From: Podarcis erhardii | Taxonomy: Eukaryota | Strand: one strand, 5' to 3' | Assembly (NCBI GenBank): GCA_964252035.1 | Contig: OZ176201.1 | Length of the DNA: 64,000 bases | In this document: positions 36,001 to 49,703 of the stretch, one piece after another | How positions within the stretch are numbered: position 1 is the first letter of the stretch | How the letters are laid out: each line of letters starts with the position of its first letter | Notes under the pieces: model-generated | Seen by the model: only the letters and a program-made list of their open reading frames with translations | Told to the model about the DNA's origin: nothing | Databases searched by the model: none | Made by a program: the position numbers and the translations under genes

Positions 36001-37554
36001 CATAGCTCCCCATATGAGTAAAGAGAAGAGAGCCAGTGTGCTGTTCAGTGTGACACTGCCATTCCCTCTGCCCACTAAATCTTGTTTGTTACACCTCTAC
36101 CATGAGCCAAAACCATCAAGCGGTTTCCATTAAAGTGTTTGCCACGTAGAGTGCAGTAGGGTAGTAAATGCTAATTCAGTGTCAATTAGAAAAATGCCTC
36201 TAATGGGGGGAGGGGGGTGTAGTTAAAAAGAGGCACTTCTGTTGATTCATTGCTGAGTCTCAAGCTCTCTTCCCCCCTCCCTTCTCCATTCCTCAGTACT
36301 GTGCACTGTAAGCCTCTTTCAACACTTTATGTTTATTATTTTATAGCAAGTTTAGCTTGGATGCACTTTGCTCTGTCCTTTTATTTTACTTTAAATGTAA
36401 TCCCAGAGTTTACCTCTGTACTTAAGCCCCTTTAAAACCCTGCTTCACAAGTGCATCGTTACATTCCGCAAGTCTTAATGGTTAAAAGGTTTAATATGAA
36501 TTTAAACGTAATCCTAGCATTCGGGAAATCGGTGGTCATCTGAATTAATCCTGTTTAGTTTTACCCCTGCATTTCGGGTGCACGCTAAAAGTGTGCTCAG
36601 AATTAAACTAATGCACATAATATCTGCTTATGTAAACATGGACTTCATTAATATGGCTGGTGAAGTTCTGGATGAAAGGCAGCTTATATCAGCTTCATCT
36701 CCGTTACTTTTAAATAGGCATATGAAAAGCATTATGTTTTGACTGTGGCTGACTCCAGTGCAGTTACTATGGGTGCAAGTCCCACAAAAGCTGGGTCTCA
36801 TTGATTTCATTTGGGGACAGTTAACTCCATCTTTAAAATCAGTGTGATTAATTTTGGAACTGGTATATATCCTCAGTATGAAATACACACTGTGACCTAT
36901 TGGTTAGTAAGTCAGAACAGAAAGACAGTTTGGGAGTAAAATTTTGTTTCTATATTTGTTATGTATAACTCAATTCCCCCCCCCCCCAAATCTGATAAAC
37001 TAGTGCATCTTAAGTTATTGTTTGTATACAGTGATTTTTCAAGACTTTTGTTTCCAACCATGAGATATAAAAACTTCATTACACTTTTCTTGAAATCTTG
37101 AATTCCTGTTTTGAAGCAGTTACAGGGAAATGAAGGCATAATAAATTGGAAAAAGAAATTGTGCATACATATGATGCACTAAACCTCTGCCGACCCTCAG
37201 ATAAGCACATTCTGTCCATTTATTCCTCTGTCATTAAATTGACTTCACAATTTATTCTTTTCTTAAGTCAAGGGCAGCTTTACACGTACAAGGAAAAGGC
37301 ATGTGCACTTCATTGTCTAGCATTGCAGTGAATGGAGATGCTCTTGGGTGTGCAGGAGCCTAGTACATTGCAGATCTTGCCTGTGGAAAAAAAAAGTTTA
37401 GGTCTGAAGAAGCTACGACATTTCCATGGCAACCTTCCTATGTACATTTGCATGTATACTTACAATACTCTGTGTTTATGTAACACATTCAAAGCAATGT
37501 ACACCTAGATTCTCAGAAATTCTCGCAGCAGTTTTATATAGTAGCCAGTATTAT

Positions 37555-37680
37555 TATTTCCCTGTTTCAGCGGGGAGCCTGAGACGGTGGCTTGCCTAAG
37601 GCAATCAAGTGAGTGCATGGTTGAGATGAGGTTTGAATCAAGGTTTCCTTCCTTACAGCTTCTTCTTAATCATTGCACTC
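37555..37680 (-). mobile_element. Degraded MIR/CORE-type SINE
   Basis: GTGGCTTGCCTAAGGCAATCAAGTGAGTGCATGGTTGAGATGAGGTTTGAATC. Confidence 0.5.
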
Positions 37681-38864
37681 CCCTAACTTTCTCATCAACT
37701 AAGCATGCATGGATATATAATATGGTTTTCTAATGTTTTGATGGTAGCACACAGCAGTACTAGATTGAATTAGGACATAGTTTAAGTTGTATATTCTCCC
37801 CTTGGTGTCAGTACAGTATGTGGATGATTTATATGGGAACTACAGTAACATAGATTGCATTTTCTCCCCTCTGTTGTTATATAATGTGTTTCTTTTCCAG
37901 AGTGTCAAAATTGTGCTTTATAAAACCCACATTAAAGTTATTTTTTGTCTTCCCCATGTTTGTGTTTCATTAATTTGAATTACATTTCTAATAGAGCCTT
38001 TGCATTTTCAACGCTGTGTGAGGTTTTAAATTGGAGAAGCAAGCCACAATATTTTTTTTTATAAAAGAAAAAAAGAAACACACACCATTGCCTGAATCTC
38101 TGCACTTGGATGCAAGTCAGACTGTCTTTTTTTCTTTCTTCTGTCTCTCTCTCTCCTTTTTTGCAGTGGATAAACTTCAAAGGCATGTTGTCAGAAGAAT
38201 TTAAAGTTAGAACTTACATGGTGGTGTGTGCATAGACAAAAATAATTAGGCGTCTCAACAGTAACGAACTTTACATGCTATGCTGTGCAATTCACTCGGT
38301 GTGTGGTGTATTGGCCCATAAGCTGAGTAATATTGTTTCTTTGTACAAAATGTAATTTGAAACCACATCCTCATTTTTCCAGTATGTTAAATTGGAATAA
38401 TGAAGATTAACTGAATATGTTAAGGTACATCACACGAAAGCACTCTGAAACAAGGACTTGTGTTGCTGCAACTCAATGCAGCATCTTGAACTTGATCCTT
38501 TCAAGCTCTGCCACACTTGTACTTAGAAACTTCTTTGAGTTCCGCTACCCTCTGTTGAAATAGGTACGTAGGATTGAGTTTGTTTTATTCAGGCTTTGTT
38601 TTATTATTTTACCTATCTGCGAAATTTGCTCGCCTTTCTTAAGGAAAAAGGTCTTAGGTGAAACCGTCATGAATAAACCAGGGCTATATGAGCCTCCCTG
38701 AGAAGGGAATGCCAAGAGTGGGGTTCCATGATGGAAAAAGTTCTATCTGTGGTATCCACCCACCTTCTGGTAGTAGTGACAGGACTTCAAGAAATACCTT
38801 GGAGAACTATCTTAAAGAAATGGGTAGGTTCATATTTGAGGAGAAATTCACATGCCTGTATGAA

Positions 38865-38995
38865 ACTACCTTATGCCTACTCAGACTATTGATCCATCTA
38901 GTCTCCACCGCCCCCCCCCCCCCCATCATCATCTTCCTGGTAAATTAAAAGAGTTGCCAACTATTGAACCTGGAACTTCTTGCATGCAAAAGTGA
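38865..38995 (-). mobile_element. Fragments of tRNA-SINE family 1
   Basis: CCTTATGCCTACTCAGACTATTGATCCATCTAG (tail) and TTGAACCTGGAACTTCTTGCATGCAAAAG (head). Confidence 0.55.
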
Positions 38996-41900
38996 ACTGG
39001 TGGAGTTGTTATGAGTGTGTTATGAGTGTGTTTATTTAAACTATTTACATAAAACACCAGCCATTGTGTGTCTTCACCTCATACGAGAATGTGCACATAG
39101 CAGCAGCATAAGCAGTCCAGTAAAAATAAGCCCCATGATAGTAATGCTTTTGAAAATTTCACACAGTTACTGGTGAATGTGCGTAGAATCTAAATGTAGA
39201 CTGTGCCTTGTGAATGGGCAATGTATGAAATACTCTGTTTATGCCACCAGGCTCTGCACATTCCCTAGCATTGTTTGACAGGGCAATATGCACAGCTTGA
39301 TGAACTGTTCATTTTTGCACATTGTTCTCCGTGTTCAGAGAAATGTCTTCAAACACTGATGGAACACAGATCACGAAGAAGATCACCTAGTTTCTTGTGG
39401 TTGGCGTTAACATAATGGGGTCTGCCACAGGGAAGACCTTCCACACACTGCCTCTACCTGTGTCTCAGAACGCAGTGGCACACACAAGAGGACCGCACCA
39501 GCTGATCTTCCAGTAGCTTGGCCCCAAAATGTTTAGGACTTGAAATGTGATTGCCAGCGCCTTAAGTTATACTCGGAAACAAACTGGCAGCTGGCGCAGC
39601 TGATAAAATAAAGGGGCCACATGATACCACCACTTGGCATGCAATGGAGACATGTGGCATATTATTGTATGGAATATTTATTGACCTCAATGCAGCAGGT
39701 GCTTTTGCACACAGGAAATAAGATGTGAACCAAGGGCCTATCAGCTCAAGACATTTTCTGTTTACTTCACTGAAGGAAGCACCATCATGTGTGAATCTTT
39801 GGCACATGGAGCTGTTTGTGACTAGGGAAGCTTACTCTTGTATGCTAGTTCAAAGTACACTGAAGTGTACCAGAGTTGTAGATCAGGGAAAAAAGCTTTA
39901 AATGTAAACAAGTAAGGTTGTGTAGTGTGTGTGTGTGTGTGTGTTACAACGTTGCTATCAGAATTTCAATTCTAAATTCAGAAGTCACAGAAATTCAATA
40001 TCTACCCTAACTTTCTTCTTCTTTTTTGAATAGCAACTACTGTTGTTTCGCTAAATGTTCCCTTCTCACACTTTTTATTGCTGAAAATTGAGTCGTTGCT
40101 TTCCTCTGTAGTCTTCTGCTTATATGCCAGTGGGCATATAAGACTGGATTGTTGGCAAAGCTTGAAAAATTAACTGTGTAATCATTCTGTACCTCAGAAG
40201 ATTGAGATGTCTGTCTTATGTATGAGAACGTGTGCAGTTTTACAATGCATGCGTTTTCCTAGAAGCCAGCAGTGACTAGGAAATATTTTACGGTCATCCC
40301 AACTATGAAGATTAAAAGCTTTTGTCATCTAGAGTTTCAGAGCAGAGTATAAGGTTCTGCTGGAAGCCTAACTTTGTTTTCTATGTGACCCACAGATGTT
40401 TTCATCTCCAAAAAGGGACACCATTGCTCATAAAAGGTGATTAAGGCCGTTACTGTAGAACATGTGTTGGTGCCACATATTATTGGGGAGGGATTCTGAA
40501 ATCCATCAGGCTTATTGACCGGTAAAGTACTACTGAAAACAATAGCCTGCAATTTTAAGTAGTAAGAATTATGCTGTCTTCAGTGGCAGCTCTGTAACTA
40601 ATAAAAAGTTTTACTTGACTTTCATGCTCTCGATGTTCTCGTTTTGAGGTGATCCTTATGTTCTAATTTGCTGTGCACAAAGCACCCTTCTCTTTATTTA
40701 GTCTATTGTCAAATAAGAAAAACAAAGCATACCTATTAAAATGAGCACCCAGAGATGTTGGAAGCATTGCCTAATATCTGTGCTAGTTGCATAAAAGGGA
40801 ATGGTTTGAATTGCAAAGTGATGTCTGACATTTTCAGCTGTACATGCCGAAATATTCTAAATATTTAGAGTAATTCATTTTAGTACTTAGAACTGCATAT
40901 TCCTTCACATAACAAAGAAAATATATAAACCCAGCTCATACATTGTTGGTTATTCACCTCTTCTGAAATTTATCGGTTGTCCTTGTAATCTCTGTTCCAA
41001 AAATAATATGGGGAAACATTTAAGGGAGGCATTTTGTGGTGCTTTTTAAAATTCAATTAATCACTATTAAAAATCTTTTCTAAAAAAATATTACTGTGTT
41101 CTTTTTGGATTGATGCATCCAAAAAAGTATTTTGGGGAAGCCAGATAATTAATTGATTATTATTTTTAGACATGTCCTGTGATCCATTATTTTTACTTCA
41201 CTCAGAAGTATGTGGCTTTCGAAATGATACGATACTGCTTGTCACAATGGTAGCTGGAGGAATTTCTTTTTATGCAATGCAGCAGGCTTCTGTATGGTGG
41301 CATGTTGCCTTTTTTACAGGTAGAGCAACACGACAGGTGATAGTCCTATATATCAAGTCACTTTTTCAGTTTGCGTGTTTTTATGTGTGTGTGTAACAGT
41401 AACCTTTTTAACATGGCCATATCAAGAATACGTCAAATGTAAAATTTGCTCTGTTGGGTGTGCTTCCCTTCATAACTCTTTCATAATATAACAGTGCTGC
41501 TACAAAACTGCTTTCCCAAGTTATACAGTGTTGGAAATTTTGTTGTGTTCAATATCTAAATGAGAAGCTGCCCGGGATTTCATTTTTCCAGAGTCTGACC
41601 CTGAAAAAAACTTTTAAGTGTTGGGTTGGCTGAAACCCCCGATAAAGCAAAAGTCTAGTTGTGTTAGATAGCAGTAGTATATTCTGTGAATAAAGGTTTT
41701 GAGTTGGGTCGCTTAATGCAGACAAAATCTATTTAACTGCCCTGAGGCTCAGGCCAGAGTATGACCATTACTAACATACAGCCCATTTCCAAAAGTGATT
41801 TTGAAAGTGATCCTTTCCCCATTGAGTTCAGTAAGATTTTCTTCCTATGACTTCAGTTAGTACAAATTGCAGCCTTAGGCAAGGCTGAAAATATTAAAGT

Positions 41901-43079
41901 GAGTACCATATGAGAAATAAAGCTACAGAGAGAGCTTGCTCACTTATGATATGACGCCCCCCAAATATAAACACTAGTTCTACTTATGTATAATGCAAAT
42001 AATATATTTAACAAGTAATCGTCTTTTGTGCTAATCTTTGTTAATCAGCTTAATTTAGTACAATTACAAATTGTTTAAACTTGGGTATTTCGCTTGGAGT
42101 ATGGGAAGAAGAAATTAATCCTGCAAAACAAAATATTTCCACAGTTGAAGGATGATGGTAAAATATGTTGATAGCATTTGTCTCTGTTTTTGTAAATGTA
42201 GGCATTATTATGATGTGTTCTGTGACTCTTACATTCCAAGATATTTCGATAATTTTCTTGAAAAACAAAGCAATAGCAATTACAACAGCAGTTCACTGTA
42301 TTTCAGCAGTTTATTTCAGCAGTTTATTTACTAAATTTCCTTTCTTTTTTCAGACTATTCTACATTACTTCAATCTCATTTTAACATGTGATGTTACTAG
42401 TTAAAGGCAAGCACTGCTGCAGTTTTCTTGTTCAGAGCCATATTCAAAAGCAATTCTAAATAATTTTCTTTAATGCTCTGCATTATTTAGAACCTCTCCT
42501 TTTGAATTTAATAGCAAAATCTGTGTTTTGAACCAGAAATCTGTTGAAATGTAACAAAACAATAACAGATTGATACATGTTTGGGGTTATTGTTTTTTGG
42601 GAGGGGTTTTTTTCTTTTATTTTTTGAACCTATAGGGTCTATTTTTGTGTTTTTATATTATCTGTAATCCTCAGATGAGAGTGGTATAGAAATTTTTAAT
42701 AATAAAATTGTTTAAGCTCCAGTGATTATAATACAGTCTTTTATGTATTTGTTGGAGGTTTATTTGTTAAACACAGTCACTCTGATTAGGTAGTTTATGA
42801 AGATCCTGTGTAATACCTTAGTTGTTGAAAATCTATCGTTGCTTATGAAAAGCAACGTCATTAATGTTCCTGAATTTTCTTTCAATAGCTCTTTAAATAA
42901 TATTGGTTTTAAAATCTTGTCTAAAGTAAGCAAAACAGATTGATACATTTCTGATTCATCTTGGTACCAGTGTTCCAACTTTTACAACATTGTAATATAT
43001 TTCATTGCGCCAAATTGTAGCTTCTGTGTTTGAATATTTGCCCCACTGTTTAACAGGAATCACTAAGGTAACTTCTTCT

Positions 43080-43165
43080 TCTCCTCCTCCTTCCTTACCT
43101 GCCTTTCACCGTAAAGTCCAGAGGCGGATTACAACATTAAAAACACCATTAAAAACAATTTGAAG
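43080..43165 (-). mobile_element. L2 3' tail fragment
   Basis: CCTGCCTTTCACCGTAAAGTCCAGAGGCGGATTACAAC followed by A-rich sequence. Confidence 0.5.
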
Positions 43166-43361
43166 CAACTGAATTCTTATGAATTACATCTATTAGACTT
43201 TAACGCCAATGAGCAAAATGTCTAAGGGATTACCTATGTTGATTGTACATTCTAATGTTGGTTGACTGATAAAAATTGTCCACTTTTGTTGGTTTTGGAA
43301 AAAAATATATCCCTTGGAACTATATCTCTTTAAGTATAAAACCTTACTTCTTTAGCTAGGT

Positions 43362-43406
43362 TTCAATAAGCCACTAATATTTTAATTCAATAAGCCACTA
43401 ATATTT
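43362..43406. repeat. Direct duplication of TTCAATAAGCCACTAATATTT (21 bp identical, 24-bp period)
   Basis: Read directly at 43362-43382 and 43386-43406. Confidence 0.92.
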
Positions 43407-44849
43407 CAAGAGAAGAGTAGTTCTACTATTTGTGGAGTGTGTGATATACCCCACCCTAGAATCACTTGATTTGTTGAAAGTGGAGAAAATAAATAAGCAA
43501 ATCCTTGTTTCATGCAATTAGAAAATAAGTGCTCTTAAAATGAGATACATTTAGCCTATGTATGCAGTTTGTAAAATTAGTGGAATTGAATAAATTAACA
43601 CAAAATGTTACTAATTGAACAATATATCAGTCAAAAATAGAAATGTAGCAAAATAAATTATTTTTATTACTAAAACAAAAGAATCTATTTTCTAAGGGGC
43701 ATTTAAAAACTTTGGGTGAATGTCTACAGAATCAATTATTTTCTCCCACTTTCTTTTTTCCTGGTATGATATTCACTGATTAATGGCATAACCCTGTTAA
43801 AAACCAATTACAATTTACGAAGGACCCCCCTTCAATCATAACCCCCAAACTAGAATTTTGACCTAGTATTCAGGTGCACTATCTCCTTAGCAGCATTTCT
43901 GGAGTTGCATCTGTGATTTGAGATATATGTGTAGTCTTGTTAGAGAGAAATTATCTGGTTCCTGTGAGTAATCTGGTTAAATCAATGCATATATTGCTTT
44001 TCAAATTGAACCCATTGCTTTAAGTCTAGGCTTCATTAATCAAGTAACTGAAAACAATAGAACACTTTACTCCCCTATCTATGGAACTTTTCCCCAGTAC
44101 GAGATTTGACTGCCCCACATTTTATATTTATTAAGCAAATAGCTGAAGACCTACCAATTTTTGCCCTTTGGATCATAGCAAGAGTGGCACAACTTGTTCA
44201 ACTGTATTGCTCAATTTTCATAAATTGTATTTTATAGTAAATAGTGTTTTAAGTATATTTTTAATGAAGTATTTTATAAATGTTAGTTGCTCTCAACTGT
44301 GTATGAGGAACTGTAGTGTACAATAAATATATTTCCCATGTCACATTTTGAAATATTAAACTGCCTATTAATAGATAATAATAGGTGTTGCCATACTGTT
44401 CAAGGACTTGAGTTCTTCCTTGAGTGTTTGTAAAAGAAAAAAGTCCAATAAACTAATAAAGATTTGAGTTTTTCAAAGTGAAACTAATTTACTATTTGCA
44501 AGATTGTATTAGTGTATCTGTTACCAGCTTTGAAACAAGCCCAATATCTTTAGCTCATTTAAGATCCTTACTTGTTCCGAAGTTGTAACCATAGAGTGGC
44601 ATTTATTTGAATTGGTTTGCTCATTATGGGCAAAGTAGGAAACTATGGTTAATTTGAGAATTTCTGGATTAATTTCAGTTTTCACAAAGGAAGAGACAAA
44701 GAGAATATCTGTTTGCAGAAGAGTCTGTTAAATAAGCAAAAAAATGATCATCCAAACTGAGCCAGTACATCAGGCTCCTTACTTGATTCTGTTGTTAGCA
44801 ATCCATTTCAGGACCATTTCATTGTTTGCTTTTATTGGTTAGTTATTCT

Positions 44850-44964
44850 CAGGGCTTTTTTTCCCCAGCCAGAACTTGGTTCCGGCACCTCTCAAATGGG
44901 CACATTGCCACTATAAGACAAGAAGGTGAGTTCTGGCACCCTTTTTCTAGAAAAAATAGTACTG
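44850..44964. mobile_element. hAT (Tip100-like) MITE, 115 bp
   Basis: Ends CAGGGCTTTTTT / AAAAAATAGTACTG; flanks GTTATTCT vs GTTATTTG (6/8); internal GTTCCGGCACCTC repeated. Confidence 0.8.
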
Positions 44965-46430
44965 GTTATTTGAAACAAGGTATTAGAAGTATAATTCTCA
45001 GCAAACATGTAGGGTTCCCCGCCCCCTCTTATTGCAGCAATATTTCTCTCTCAGTATATTCAAGGAAACCAACATTATTTCCTCCTTCACTTTCCTTTTC
45101 CCTAAACATCTGATAACCGTTTGTTTTTAATCACCCTTACAGTGTACCCTCTAACCCACAGCACTTTCATTGTGTATTGGGGGAGAAGGCTGTGCCGGAG
45201 GGTATTTGGTTTACACTATATACTCCCAATTTATCCTAAAATCTTTTTAATGTTTCCTGTGGCAGTCCCCCTCCCCCCTGTTTCCACATGCATATACAGG
45301 AAGCTGAGAAACGCTGCAAAAAGTCTCTGGAAATTTCAGGAAAATCTTTGATTACAAGTAGGTGTAAAATTCCACGGACCTGATGTGTTCTTATGTGACT
45401 TTTGGAATTTGCCAGATATTTTCTGAAGAATACACATCAGAGTACATGGTTGGAATTTAAAGAAGAAACCTGGTAACTAATAGTTCTTTTGGAGCTGTTC
45501 ACAAGTTATCCAGTTGTATGTTTGCTGTTGGGAAGTGGAATTGTGGTTATAATGCAAGCTAGGAAGCTATGTCTGTGTACTAAATTCTCAAGTAATTTTA
45601 GCAATTTTAATATGCCACGGTCCCCACTCTACTCCAGTGTCCGGTTTTTAAGAAGACCATTGGTCATTTCTTCCATTGTACTCCATTGTGTTGCTTTAAG
45701 TCATTGTACATAATTAAATTAACTTATTTCTTCTTCCATCCCATTCTTCCATCTTTTCCCCTTGTAAATTTTGTATTGTTTATGAGCCTGTTCAGTATCT
45801 AGTAGAAATCTTTTGTGTAGATGTTCCGTTCTGAGGCTTATGTCTGTAGGATATAATGCAAACATAGAAAAACACTCTCACACTGAGGAAAATTGATTTT
45901 TGGCAGTTGCCAAAACCATATCCTGTCCTGTACAGCATGTAAACTAAACATACATGTTTGGGTAGGGGGACAGTGTCTAAGAATTTATGGAGATGGGGGA
46001 TAGATTTTCACTTCTTCCCAACTGCTTTGTGTTTTTTTAAAGAATAAAATGTCATACCAATAGACATGTGGAACACTTACAGATATGTTAATAAATATCT
46101 GATATTAACTGTGGGCAGTATTCAGCAAAACAGTTGTGCACATGCAAGGATTCACATTAGTGCAACTAATGCAACTAGTTGATAAATAAACCTTTTGTTT
46201 GAGCTTACAGCATTTAAACATTTGCTATTTGGACCCAAAAGAAGAAAAACATTCTGCATATGATCTAAACCTTTTTTACTTTATATGTTGCTCATCATGT
46301 TTGTGTCTTTATGCTAAGTGATAATTTGGAATATTAGTTAATTTATTAATTCTTCCGTCACAAGCCCTGGGATGTGTGTGTGAATCTCTTAAGAACACAT
46401 GATGAATGATAAAGCCTCTTGAGATACTGC

Positions 46431-46514
46431 TAAATGTAGAATACTCCAGCCATCATATGTGTGGCTTTTGCATAAATGTAGAATACTCCAGCCATCATAT
46501 GTGCAGCTTTTGCA
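46431..46514. repeat. 42-bp tandem duplication (2 copies, 2 mismatches)
   Basis: TAAATGTAGAATACTCCAGCCATCATATGTG(TG/CA)GCTTTTGCA twice, head to tail. Confidence 0.95.
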
Positions 46515-47845
46515 AAAGATGTGTAGGGAAAGGAGAGTGCACAAAGCAAGAATTTTTAAATTGTTCAGCGGCTCTTTCCATGGCCCCACATATGTCCATC
46601 TAAAATGTGAACTAACAGGATTTTCCTATGTTGTCTTCATTTGATATGGACATAGAGTGGCAGACAGGGGATTGATGATGATCTCAGCAGTTGGCATGAT
46701 TAGAGACAAATGGTAGAGACCACAGGTACAGCTGTTGAAAGCTGTCAGAATCTTGCCTTTTTTCCTGCTTAGATGATCTTCCTAGATTGTCTTCCTTCAT
46801 AGCTGGAGACCTTTCAGAGTCATGTGGGTTTTTTCTCTGAAAGCATGACCAAGATTTTGAACTTTTCTGCTTTGCATGCAAGCATCTGTGCTTTTATTCC
46901 TTCAACACCCTGAATCTTTGTTCACTCAATGTTGCTAACACTTATCCAACTTTTCTAGGCTTGGTTTCCCAGTTGTTTCCCTTGTGGGTTTCTGTGACAT
47001 TTCTGTTGCTTGCAAAATATCTTAGTAAATAGCATCCCTGTCTTTTCTTCCAAAACATGCTTCTCACTTATCATATACAGTGTTTGTTTGTGTGTACATG
47101 CACAACACACACACACACAAAGTTAAGTAGTACTTCAGCAGCTAATTCTCATCTCATGTGCTGTGAGAACTTCTGACTTGGATTGTAAACTCCTAGACAA
47201 ACAGTGCCATGAAGAACTACAGTAAACAAATATTAGAGGTTATTTAGATGTGGGAATATGTGCATCATATAGCCTGTACTCTTGGTACTCTTCCCTGCAA
47301 CATTTCAACAAGGAGCAATTAAGTATAATACCTTTTCTATTCATTTCAATGCTGGAGAAAGATGGGGGCTCACAGTTGTGATGCATGTGGAAGTCTGTCA
47401 TTGATATTCAAGTGAATGAAACACTTCTTGCTCACAGTGCACAGGAACTCTGTGGAGTTCTCAATCACTGTGGTTATACATTCTCTCAAAAGCTCACAAT
47501 CTAAAACAAAGAATACAAGAAAATTAAGGAAGATTGAATGTAAGATGATGTTGGAGTACAAGTCCTATCATCCCTGGTCATTGGCCATGCTGGCTGTGGC
47601 TGATGGAAGTTGGAGTCTGAACATCTGGATGGCCAGCCGACCCCACTGTAGAGGCATTTTCCTCCTAGCAACACAGTTATTATGACGCCTTGCCCTAATG
47701 GATTTATTGACCCTGTTTATTTGAATCCCATGTGCTTTCTGAATATATTCTGTTCTTGAAAAAATCATAGAATATTTGAATTCAGCTAGGCTTGCCAATC
47801 TGACGCCACAAGAATAGAGTGGGTAAGCAACCTTCCTCCTATTGT

Positions 47846-48008
47846 TAGGAACATAGGAAGCTGTCTTGTGCTGAATCAGACCATTGGTACTGCTGTCTGG
47901 CAGCAGCTCTGCAGGGCTTCAGATGGATCTCTCCTAGTCCTACCTGGACATGCCTGAATGAACCTGGGACCTTCTGCATGCAGAGCTTGAGTTCCACTTC
48001 TGAACCAT
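47846..48008 (-). mobile_element. tRNA-derived squamate SINE (family 1), near full length
   Basis: AGGAACATAGGAAGCTGTCTTGTGCTGAATCAGACCATTGG ... GAACCTGGGACCTTCTGCATGCAGAG. Confidence 0.8.
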
Positions 48009-49658
48009 GGCATATGTTCTTTGTCATTTCTGTTAGAGGATATATAGGTATAAATATATTGGAAACACTACATGCATCAGACAAAACAAAAATAGAAACT
48101 TGATTCCTTAAAGGCTTTTTCTCTTGCTGCCTTTTCTTTAATTATACCCTACATTTACTGTGTGAGGTTTCCACATAACTTTGTCCTGAATATTTATGCT
48201 TTTATGCTGCAAGTGTTATGCAAATCTTTGGTCCTAGGTTTCCAGTTGGACGGTGTAGGTGCATAAATGTTGTTATAAATGCAACTCTCTCTTTCCCCCT
48301 CTCTCTGTGTGTGTTTGTGTATGAGAGAGGGAGAGGGAGAGAGAACAGCCTAAAGTCTGCATACTCGAGCTACAATGTGTGGTGTTCAGTTCACATATGT
48401 TTGAGGTGCACAGGAAATTGAAATATACAAAAGTTCAAACTCCTGCAATGCTACTTCTCATAACCAATTCCCCTATCACACTAAATTCCCATAAAGCACA
48501 TGCCAGTTGCTTCTCTTGCCTTCTCTGGAGGTAGGCGAGCATTTCTAATATAGTGTTTTCCTTTCCTCTGTGCCACAAAGTGGTAATATATTTGTTGATG
48601 ACAAAACCAACAGGTGCCAGGGCTGTTGGGTACTGACGCTATTTGGCTCAATGCCTACAGTCGCACAGTGGATATATTGTATATCTGTAGGTTTTTGTGT
48701 CGTTCTATGTCCTTTTGAGGGATGGGATAACCCAGTTGAAATACATACTTAAACTCCTGAGGGATTAGATGTGTTTCCTTTGCTTTACAGTTAAGAATTT
48801 TACAGTTTCTTTGTTTGCAGGTTCTCAGATTGCTTAATGATTCCTCACCCCCCCCACCCCTTTTGCCCAGGTGTGTATAATAGCTGTATTTGAACCTTTC
48901 TAGGTTTGCCAGTTTTATTACTCAACATATGGTATATCCCTTTATTTCTGTCTGCTATGTCATTCCTTTGCTTTAGGGGCCCTGTTATATGCTGGGAGTT
49001 TTGCTTTAACAATTGGATTTCTAGAATCGGACATGTTTCAAGCTGGGAAAGACTGAGATTTGTTTTAGGCATCAAGATACTTTAATGAAGGTTATTTACA
49101 GGTCGTTGTCTTTTTTCCTCCCACCTTCATGATGATTGTAATATGGCTTCCCTAGTTGTGAAGATAAGAACCTTTTGGCTTCTGCTACAATTTTCATAAA
49201 TGTGACTTATGGTACATTCATATGGCCATTATTGATGCAATGGCAATTTCCTTTAGCATGCCTAAGACACCGCTTTCTGTGGGAGTCAGCCTGCTCTCAA
49301 CATCAGCTGTGGCTGTTACCACTTCAGTACCTGTGTTGAATTTGGGGCTTACGTCGCAGGCAGTTCCCCTGACACAAGGCATCTTCTTGACCTGGCTTGT
49401 CCATCATGAATTTCTAGGGCTACACAGTCTTCTTCCTTGAAGCTTTATCCAGCAGCAGTTGATGGCTTTGGAACTCTATTACACAATACCAGCTGTAGGC
49501 ACCAGGGAAGCAGCTCCTACTGTTATAGCTTTAATAATAATAATAAAATCTAGCAATCAACTGAACTCGGAACCCAGGGCGTGTTTCCAGCTAGTAAACA
49601 CTATAGCATCCAATGGATAGCAGTGTTTCAACTATGCTAGTCATCACCATTACCTCAA

Positions 49659-49671
49659 TATTTATTTATTT

Positions 49672-49703
<32 letters not shown>

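Noticed and set aside
46684-46900. Possible decayed RTE-clade LINE (minus-strand ORF with EDNLGRSSKQEKR)
   Set aside because: Similarity to the RTE C-terminal MLGKxEGxRKRGR motif is too weak to call by eye.
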